Shown: positions 1-6,546 of the stretch, piece after piece
Layout: each line of letters begins with the position of its first letter
Numbering within the stretch: position 1 is the stretch's first letter
Source of the DNA: a virus
Lineage: Duplodnaviria; Caudoviricetes
DNA: 49,568 nt
Virus record (IMG/VR): IMGVR_UViG_3300030330_001337
Span: 1 to 49,568 of that record
Reading direction: 5' to 3' (one strand)
Notes under the pieces: generated by a model
What the model saw: the letters and a program-made list of their open reading frames with translations, nothing else
Told to the model about the DNA's origin: nothing
Database searches by the model: none
Position numbers and translations under genes: made by a program

Positions 1-15
1 GATAAGATTATCCAT
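1..15 (-). CDS. 5' end of an early gene running off the window (MDNLI...)
   Basis: ATG at 15-13 is preceded by almost the same leader (TCAAACCAAAA..TACATC) as the gene at 109..501. Confidence 0.55.
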
Positions 16-48
16 GATGTAAAGATTTTTGGTTTGAAAAATGTTTTA

Positions 49-102
49 AGAGGATATATATACTACTCTCATAAATGAGAGGAGTAGTATATTATATCTT
101 CT
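49..102. other. Long imperfect intergenic hairpin (possible RNase III processing site)
   Basis: AGAGGATATATATACTACTCTCAT / ATGAGAGGAGTAGTATATTATATCTTCT inverted repeat between two co-oriented genes. Confidence 0.6.
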
Positions 103-108
103 AATAGT

Positions 109-501
109 CTAGAACGGCTGAACTTCTGAAGAAGTTTGAGGCGCACCCTGCATGAGAGCCTTGCAGTAGCGAACAGCGTCCTCAACTGAGTAGCCCATCG
201 AACGTAGTTCGCTGAACTCAGGTAGCGTGTTCACCTCTGCCACCGCTTCGGGTATGAAGTTCTCAGCCATCGCTGATTGCTTTTGCGCTTGTGCCTCGAG
301 TTTTTGGTTTCTCGAAAGCTTCGCTTTTGCCTTGCGCTTTGGCTTGCGCTTTGGCGCAGGTGCTACCTCTTCGAGGTTAGCGACAGCTTCTGCTAACTCC
401 GTAAGGAGTTTGATAGCGTGTGCCTTACGCGCCTTCGTTGGGTTAAACTTTGCTTGATTTACTGCCTTACGGCAGTCTTTGATGTTAATGTCTTTAGACA
501 T
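109..501 (-). CDS. Early hypothetical protein, Lys/Ala-rich, C-terminal ...EVQPF
   Basis: 130-aa ORF directly downstream of a consensus Bacteroidota promoter, A-rich leader. Confidence 0.8.
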   Translation of the reverse strand: MSKDINIKDCRKAVNQAKFNPTKARKAHAIKLLTELAEAVANLEEVAPAPKRKPKRKAKAKLSRNQKLEAQAQKQSAMAENFIPEAVAEVNTLPEFSELRSMGYSVEDAVRYCKALMQGAPQTSSEVQPF

Positions 502-547
502 GATGTATATGATTTTGGTTTGATGCCTTTCCGATTGAAAGACGATG

Positions 548-580
548 CAAATATAAGGGTATGAATTCTAAGTTTCCAAA
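548..580 (-). promoter_or_regulatory. Bacteroidota primary-sigma promoter (TTTG-N21-TATATTTG), probable strong early promoter
   Basis: Exact match to -33 TTTG / -7 TAnnTTTG consensus on minus strand; small 5' stem-loop at ~523-546. Confidence 0.8.
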
Positions 581-671
581 TCTTTTTTGAAAGTTTTTTG
601 TAATTCACTGGACATCAACAAGATACAAATGTAATTTAGAATCGTTCTAAATAAGTAATGAGGGTTGGTCA

Positions 672-1042
672 AGGTGTGTGTGCGTAATGTGTGGACGTGA
701 TGTGTGCGTTGTGCATCGTGTGAGCGTGATGCGAACGTGATGTGTGTGTGATGCCTGCATAGCGTGTGCATGGTGTGTGCATGTCGTGTGCCTGATGCGT
801 GTTGTGTGCCGTCATGTGTGATGCGTGAACCCGTATGTTGTGTGTGGTGAGGGGATTGTTCTAAGGTGTAAATCAACGACCTAAACTTCGCTACTTGCTG
901 TTATGATTCAAGACTGCTATGCTAAGTCGCTGGTTGTCAGTGCAAAAAAAGCTGAAAGTTGTACGCAAACGTGCGTGTATGCAAGGGGGCGTGTTGCGTG
1001 TATGCGTTTTGTGCGTCGTGTGTGTACGCTTATATGTATGTA
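672..1042. repeat. GT-rich alternating purine/pyrimidine degenerate repeat tracts (672-850 and 961-1042), non-coding
   Basis: Recurrent GTGTG/GCGTG/GTGATG units; ACGTGATGTGTG twice, TGATGCGTG twice, GCGTGTATGC twice; composition unlike the rest of the window. Confidence 0.8.
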
Positions 1043-1173
1043 TAATCCCCATGATCTCTATTTCTCGGCAATTTTTTGAGTTGAGAACCTAGGTTTGCCT
1101 AAACCTTATAAAATGCTCAAGCTGTTATATACCAACTACTTAACATATTTTACCTAAACGTTAACTTAAGCAC

Positions 1174-1204
1174 TTGACTTTTCAGATTTTCTGCTGTAAC
1201 TTCG
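1174..1204 (+). promoter_or_regulatory. Putative promoter TTG-N20-TAACTTCG
   Basis: One mismatch to TAnnTTTG with a correctly spaced TTG. Confidence 0.45.
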
Positions 1205-1329
1205 CCAAGCAGCTAAGCGTTTGTAGCTGACAAGTAGATACGCAGCTTGAGTAAGATAATGTGTGTTTACAACACAAAGCTGTTACGATTATTGCTGTAA
1301 AGGCGCAAAGACTATCCTTGATTTTTTAT

Positions 1330-1337
1330 TATATTTG
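1330..1337 (+). promoter_or_regulatory. -7 box TATATTTG
   Basis: Consensus box 4 nt before ATG at 1342. Confidence 0.65.
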
Positions 1338-1341
1338 CCAC

Positions 1342-1815
1342 ATGAAAGCGATCAAATACCAAAACGGAGGTAAAAACAAAAAGAAGAAAGAAGAGAACGG
1401 AGAAGTGATGTCTTTTGAGTACAAAGAAACTGCAAGAGAAAAGGCTGAGCGTAACTTAAGCGATGCAAAACTTGGTAGTCGCTTTGACTCTTCTGGAAAG
1501 AGAAAGAAAGGTGAAGCAAGAAAGCTTGCTAAAGAGATGCGTAAGTTTACTGGTCTTGACATAGATAAAATGGATAGACAAGACAGAAGAGCAACTAGAA
1601 AGTTTGAAAGAAAGTTTGGGGAGGGGCAAGAAGGTATAGATAAGTTTAAAGAAAAGCAGAGGAAAAAGAATAAAAGAAAGAGAAAATCCGCTGCTAGAAA
1701 GAAAGCAAGACAAACACGCAGGACTGCTAGAAAAAATCAAGAAAGAACTGCAGCAGCTGGAATAGGTTTCGGAGGCAATAAGTGCACTGAAGCTGGGTGC
1801 GGAGCATACAACTAG
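1342..1815 (+). CDS. Highly basic hypothetical protein with N-terminal MKAIKYQNGGK motif; possible virion core protein
   Basis: K/R-rich ORF; start moved to ATG 1342 after the promoter box; N-terminus shared with other small late proteins. Confidence 0.7.
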   Translation: MKAIKYQNGGKNKKKKEENGEVMSFEYKETAREKAERNLSDAKLGSRFDSSGKRKKGEARKLAKEMRKFTGLDIDKMDRQDRRATRKFERKFGEGQEGIDKFKEKQRKKNKRKRKSAARKKARQTRRTARKNQERTAAAGIGFGGNKCTEAGCGAYN

Positions 1816-1817
1816 AT

Positions 1818-2282
1818 ATGAAGCTGTCTAAGAATTTAACATTGGCTGAGTGCATAAAGAGCAGCTCAGCAAAAAGATTAGGGATAGATAATACCCCTCA
1901 TGAAGATTGGGTTGTTACAAATCTTAAAGAAATTGCAGAGAATATTTTTCAACCTTGTCGCGATCATTTCGGAGTTCCTATATATGTGTCGTCAGGGTAT
2001 CGTGGACCTGAGCTCAACCGTGCTATCGGAGGTAGTAAGCGCAGTCAACACATGGAAGGAAGAGCGCTCGACCTGGATGCTGATGTTTACGGAAGGATTA
2101 CTAATGCTGAGCTATTTGATTACATTCGTTATAATCTTGAATTTGATCAAATTATCTGGGAGTTTGGTACGGACGATAATCCTGATTGGGTTCACGTGTC
2201 TTATGTACATGACGGGGAAAACCGTAAGCGTTGTCTCAAAGCTACTCGTGAGGACGGGAAAACAACGTACTCGGTAATCTAA
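1818..2282 (+). CDS. Peptidase M15 family Zn peptidase, probable endolysin
   Basis: SSGYR...LNRAIGG..SQHMEGRALD and WVHVSY motifs. Confidence 0.9.
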   Translation: MKLSKNLTLAECIKSSSAKRLGIDNTPHEDWVVTNLKEIAENIFQPCRDHFGVPIYVSSGYRGPELNRAIGGSKRSQHMEGRALDLDADVYGRITNAELFDYIRYNLEFDQIIWEFGTDDNPDWVHVSYVHDGENRKRCLKATREDGKTTYSVI

Positions 2283-2701
2283 TCTTCTAACCTATTGTAG
2301 AAAGCTTGAATTAACATTCGGGCTTTCTGTGTTATCCCATATCTTACTCTGTAGTTAAACTTTGTCTCTTCTCTAAACATATGGTCCTCTGCTGTGGCAG
2401 ATGGAGTGAGTTTATCAAAGTGTTTGTACACATACCCTTCATTTAGAAGAGGCCACAAGATCCTGTTCTCAAAGTTCTTTTTATTAAAACCGTAATCTTC
2501 AACAGCATAGTTGATGGTCCAGAACTCTTTGTCGTATGACCAAAGAATAAATTCTAAGTGGCTAAAACTAATGTCTCTGTCTTTACAAAACTTAGTCCTT
2601 ACTTTACGTAAGTTCTTTAAATAGTTCTTATTAATATACCTACTGTGTAAAAAAGATACCTCTCTAAATAATCTTTTCTTTTTAACTTCTGACTTTGGCA
2701 T
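2279..2701 (-). CDS. Putative winged-helix (MarR-like) DNA-binding protein
   Basis: Helical N-part, LLNEGYV...RYGITQKARMLI wing/terminal helix pattern; own promoter box. Confidence 0.5.
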   Translation of the reverse strand: MPKSEVKKKRLFREVSFLHSRYINKNYLKNLRKVRTKFCKDRDISFSHLEFILWSYDKEFWTINYAVEDYGFNKKNFENRILWPLLNEGYVYKHFDKLTPSATAEDHMFREETKFNYRVRYGITQKARMLIQAFYNRLED

Positions 2702-2714
2702 GAAATAAATTTTG

Positions 2715-2731
2715 TATCTTCGTCAAAAATA
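2715..2731. promoter_or_regulatory. Face-to-face -7 boxes serving divergent genes: TATCTTCG (+, 2715-2722) and TATTTTTG (-, 2724-2731)
   Basis: Both lie in the 34-nt gap between divergent genes. Confidence 0.55.
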
Positions 2732-2735
2732 CATC

Positions 2736-3026
2736 ATGAACTATAAAGACACAGAATTTTTTTCTGAACTTTATTCAAAGCTCTTAGAGATAGAAGACTT
2801 TATCGATAGAGAGGGTTATACGGATAGGGTTATGTCTAGTATGGTTATTGGATTAATTGAAAACGAAAAAGGTAACGAACTAGAAGTTAAGTCCGTCTAC
2901 AGTTACAATTTAGTATCTCGTCAAGAGTTACAAGTGATGAAAGACATTATGGATAGAACTTATGTCGATGAACAAGATTCAGGCTTAGGAGGATTTCTAG
3001 GGGACCTTGGAATTGAACTGGAATAA
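2736..3026 (+). CDS. Acidic hypothetical protein
   Basis: ORF with A-rich leader; first gene of the packaging operon. Confidence 0.7.
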   Translation: MNYKDTEFFSELYSKLLEIEDFIDREGYTDRVMSSMVIGLIENEKGNELEVKSVYSYNLVSRQELQVMKDIMDRTYVDEQDSGLGGFLGDLGIELE

Positions 3027-3027
3027 A

Positions 3028-3264
3028 ATGGAAGGACTTATTAGAAAAATTGTGGTCGGCAAAGACCCTAAAGACGGCATGGCCTATTATATAGGTATGC
3101 GTGCAGGTAGCGGAAAGATAAGCGCTATAATAGAAGACGAAAGACATTTGCATAAACATGGTAAAACAAGATACCTTGTGTATGTAGAACAAAATGATGA
3201 GAACATGTTATGGAAAGCCATTGATGACATGTCTTGTTTACTTGAATTTGATTTAAACTTTTAA
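3028..3264 (+). CDS. Hypothetical protein
   Basis: Tightly packed operon ORF starting 1 nt after the upstream stop. Confidence 0.75.
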   Translation: MEGLIRKIVVGKDPKDGMAYYIGMRAGSGKISAIIEDERHLHKHGKTRYLVYVEQNDENMLWKAIDDMSCLLEFDLNF

Positions 3265-3267
3265 TTT

Positions 3268-3861
3268 ATGAGATCATTAAGATGCTTTATCGTCAAACTA
3301 GATAAGACGAGAAAGGATACGATTAAGATGAGTAATGGCATGGAGCTTTACTTAGACTCAAAGTATCAAGAATTTAAACACAGAATTACTGGAGGTGAGG
3401 TTGTTTCTACACCTTTAAAACACGAAACAGGTGTTTCTCCAGGTGACACTCTTTACTTTCATCACCATGTTGTAATACAAAAAGGACAAGAGCTGGGGCT
3501 TAAGCCCACTGACAATAGGTATGTTGTTCGTTATGATGATGAGCATATTTTAAATAATCAAGCTATTGCTTATAAGTCTAAAAAGACAGGGAAGATAAAA
3601 ACTCTTGGTGGATGGCTGTTGTTAGAACCTGTTACTGAAGATCAGAGTAATGATATGGTAGGAGATATAGAGGTGGTTAGATTGAAAGAAAACCCTGTTA
3701 AGAAGGCTAAGTTCATTGAACATAATGAACGTTCTGAATACTTAGATGTTAAACCTGGCGATATAGTTGGCTTTGAAAAAGGAAGCGACTATGAAATAGA
3801 GATAGATGATAAGATCTATTTTAGAATACGCCCTGATGATTTAATGTATGTCGAAGTTTAA
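3268..3861 (+). CDS. GroES/Cpn10-like co-chaperonin with two tandem domains
   Basis: Domain 1: FIVK...GEVVSTP...VSPGDTLYF; domain 2: KTLGGWLLLEP...VKPGDIVGF...EIEIDDKIYFRIRPDDL. Confidence 0.7.
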   Translation: MRSLRCFIVKLDKTRKDTIKMSNGMELYLDSKYQEFKHRITGGEVVSTPLKHETGVSPGDTLYFHHHVVIQKGQELGLKPTDNRYVVRYDDEHILNNQAIAYKSKKTGKIKTLGGWLLLEPVTEDQSNDMVGDIEVVRLKENPVKKAKFIEHNERSEYLDVKPGDIVGFEKGSDYEIEIDDKIYFRIRPDDLMYVEV

Positions 3862-4132
3862 AACTGTTGATGCATCTAAAAAACTCATGGAGAGTATGCA
3901 GATAGCAATCAATAACATGATAGAAGAAATAAAAAAGCCAGTAGATCCAGAAATAAATGGTAGTGCTAGAAAAGCTGAGCTTCAATCGATAAAACAAACT
4001 GCAATAGACTGTAAAGAGCTTATTATAGAAAGACAGAAGCTAGAGCAGATGGTGAAAGAACTAAAAGAAAATGGGAAGATCAAAGAAGAAAAAGACTACT
4101 CAGGAGGATTTGCAGAAAGATTCTCAAAGTAA
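3848..4132 (+). CDS. Putative terminase small subunit
   Basis: Small helical/coiled-coil protein just upstream of TerL; positional inference. Confidence 0.45.
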   Translation: MSKFKTVDASKKLMESMQIAINNMIEEIKKPVDPEINGSARKAELQSIKQTAIDCKELIIERQKLEQMVKELKENGKIKEEKDYSGGFAERFSK

Positions 4133-4218
4133 CTGGTGGAGCGATTGTAATATGACCATCACTCAAGATGAAATTGAAGCCTATCTTATGTGGATAGAAG
4201 GCAGAAAAGATAATACAG

Positions 4219-4404
4219 ATGAAAAAATTTGAATGCGAATGCTGTGATCACGAAGTAGAAGTAACTTCTGCTGTCATCAAGATGCATGAAGGTAAAGCTG
4301 TCTATGATATTAAGTGTCCATGTAATAAGTACATGAAACTTAGTAACCCTAAAAAAGGTTTCCCTAGTATAGGGGGTATGGATAAGTATGGAAGAAGTAA
4401 GTAA
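4219..4404 (+). CDS. Small zinc-ribbon protein (FmdB-like)
   Basis: FECECCDH ... KCPCNKYM Cys pairs; stop overlaps TerL start. Confidence 0.7.
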   Translation: MKKFECECCDHEVEVTSAVIKMHEGKAVYDIKCPCNKYMKLSNPKKGFPSIGGMDKYGRSK

Positions 4405-6527
4405 TGAATCTTGTAGAAATAGATGGATACGAAGATAAAGGGATTAAGATCGACCCTAACGGTACGCAAGGAGAGAGTATTGAACTCCATGGGTTACTCG
4501 TTGTGTTACCGAAAAAACCGAAGCGATCTAAAATTCTCTTCCATGAAAAGCCAAAGGATATGCAGATGTGGCAACGCATTCCTATGCCCAAAGAATTGCA
4601 AAATGTACGAACTATGGATGAGTGGTTCGAGAAGCCTCCCGAGTTTAGAAAGAAGTTTTCTAGCTACATCGAAGGGGAGTTTGAGCGCAGGCGTAACGGT
4701 GTTTGGTTTTACAATCATGGCACGCCTACGTACATTACAGGACGACACTATATGTTTTTACAATGGTCGAAAATTGATATCGGCTATCCATCATACCTTA
4801 CCTATCAAAATGAAATATTTCTTCACATGGCTGCGTGCGAAGCTGATCCCCGTTGTATCGGTCAGCTATATACTAAGTGTAGGCGTTCTGGCTATACTAA
4901 TATCTGTGCTTCTGTTCTTGTTGACGAGTCTACACAAGTTAAAGACAAGCTTTTGGGAATACAGTCAAAGACTGGTAAAGATGCTCAGGAGAATATCTTT
5001 ATGAAGAAAGTAGTACCGATATTCAAATCGTACCCTTTCTTTTTTAAACCGATACAAGACGGAACAACAAACCCAAGAATGGAGCTTGCTTTTCGTGAGC
5101 CATCAAAGCGTATCACAAAGAATAACAAAACATCTTTCAAAGGAGATGCGCTAAACACCATAGTCAACTGGAAGAACACAACAAACAATGCTTACGATGG
5201 TGAGAAGCTACATATGCTATACTTGGATGAGGCAGGTAAGTGGGAGAAGCCAGTAGATATAAGAGAAGCTTGGAGGATAGAAAGAACTTGTTTGATTGTT
5301 GGTAGAAGGATTGTAGGCAAAGGTCTTGTTGGTAGTACAGTAAACCCTATGGATAAGGGTGGTAAAGAATATAAAACGCTATGGGAGGATAGCGATCCAA
5401 ACGAAAGGAATGCTAACGGAAGAACAAAGACTGGACTTTATAGAATATTTATACCTGCATATGAAGCTCTAGAAGGTTTCTTTGATGTGTATGGTAACCC
5501 AATAATAGATAATCCTAGCGAACCTATAGAAGGATTAGATGGAGATCTTGTTGGATTAGGAAGTAAAACTTATTTAAAGAATGAAAGGGACAGCCTTAAA
5601 GCAGATGCATCAGAACTAAACGAAGTTGTTAGGCAGTTTCCGTTTACAGAGGAAGAAGCGTTTAGAGATAGCATAGACGGCAGCTTGTTTAATATAGGTA
5701 AGATTTATCAGCAGATTGATTTTAACAACAATCTATTTCCTACTCCAGTAGTGAGAGGTAATTTTATGTGGAAAGAAAAAGATAAAGAGGTTATATTCTC
5801 TCCAGATCCTAACGGTAGATTTAGAATGTCCTGGCAACCAAAGGATAGTAATAGAAATAAATTCATAGAAGAGTATGGTAAAAGAAAACCAGGGAATGCT
5901 CACATTGGTGTAGGGGGAGTCGATAGCTATGATCTAGATGCAACGGTTGACGGTAGAGGGTCTAAAGGAGCTATGCACTTATACAATAAGTTTAACATGG
6001 AGGGTCTAAGTAACTCATTTGTAATAGAATACGCTTCTCGTCCAGATCTAGCAAGTATATTTTATGAGGATGTTCTTATGTGTGCATTCTACTATGGATA
6101 CCCTCTTCTTGTGGAGAACAACAAATATGGTATCGTAAGATACTTTGAATCAAGAGGTTATGATGGTTATCTTATGGATAGGCCTAAACATCTTAGCTCT
6201 TCTACATCTAAAGTAAACGTAAAGACAAAAGGAATCCCATCAAACTCACAAGATGTTATACAGTCACATGCTCAAGCAATAGAAGCATACATTCATGATC
6301 ACGTTGGAGAAAACGCTCAAACAGGTGAGGTAGGGCATATGTATTTTAATAGAACTCTTGAGGATTGGATTGGCTATAAAATCAACGATAGAACCAAGTT
6401 TGACTTAACGATAAGCTCTGGTTTAGCTCTTCTTGCTGCACAAAAAGTAAAGAAAGAAAAGCCCAAAAAGAAACTTAATGAAACAAAGTTTTTTAGAAAA
6501 TACAAAGTAAAACAATGGCACTCTTAA
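4404..6527 (+). CDS. terL: Terminase large subunit
   Basis: KCRRSGYT Walker A variant, LYLDEAGK Walker B, GST coupling motif, GGVDSYD nuclease Asp, LVENNK, terminal FDLTISSG. Confidence 0.93.
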   Translation: MNLVEIDGYEDKGIKIDPNGTQGESIELHGLLVVLPKKPKRSKILFHEKPKDMQMWQRIPMPKELQNVRTMDEWFEKPPEFRKKFSSYIEGEFERRRNGVWFYNHGTPTYITGRHYMFLQWSKIDIGYPSYLTYQNEIFLHMAACEADPRCIGQLYTKCRRSGYTNICASVLVDESTQVKDKLLGIQSKTGKDAQENIFMKKVVPIFKSYPFFFKPIQDGTTNPRMELAFREPSKRITKNNKTSFKGDALNTIVNWKNTTNNAYDGEKLHMLYLDEAGKWEKPVDIREAWRIERTCLIVGRRIVGKGLVGSTVNPMDKGGKEYKTLWEDSDPNERNANGRTKTGLYRIFIPAYEALEGFFDVYGNPIIDNPSEPIEGLDGDLVGLGSKTYLKNERDSLKADASELNEVVRQFPFTEEEAFRDSIDGSLFNIGKIYQQIDFNNNLFPTPVVRGNFMWKEKDKEVIFSPDPNGRFRMSWQPKDSNRNKFIEEYGKRKPGNAHIGVGGVDSYDLDATVDGRGSKGAMHLYNKFNMEGLSNSFVIEYASRPDLASIFYEDVLMCAFYYGYPLLVENNKYGIVRYFESRGYDGYLMDRPKHLSSSTSKVNVKTKGIPSNSQDVIQSHAQAIEAYIHDHVGENAQTGEVGHMYFNRTLEDWIGYKINDRTKFDLTISSGLALLAAQKVKKEKPKKKLNETKFFRKYKVKQWHS

Positions 6528-6533
6528 TTTCAC

Positions 6534-6541
6534 TATATTTG
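6534..6541 (+). promoter_or_regulatory. -7 box TATATTTG before portal
   Basis: Consensus box 5 nt before ATG 6547. Confidence 0.65.
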
Positions 6542-6546
6542 CACTA

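Noticed and set aside
568-876. 102-aa His/Thr-rich ORF on the minus strand
   Set aside because: It is the translation of the CA-rich complement of the GT repeat tract and runs into the promoter; probably not coding
672-1042. Possible CRISPR array
   Set aside because: No constant-length identical repeats with unique spacers, and no cas genes
4152-4232. 26-codon ORF MTITQDEIEAYLMWIEGRKDNTDEKI in the gap before the zinc-ribbon gene
   Set aside because: Possible but too short to support without conservation data
4423-5004. 193-aa alternate-frame ORF inside terL, and similar nested or antisense ORFs (227..457, 1900..2277, 35272..35598, 41465..41854 and others)
   Set aside because: Shadows of well-supported genes, with no motifs or initiation context
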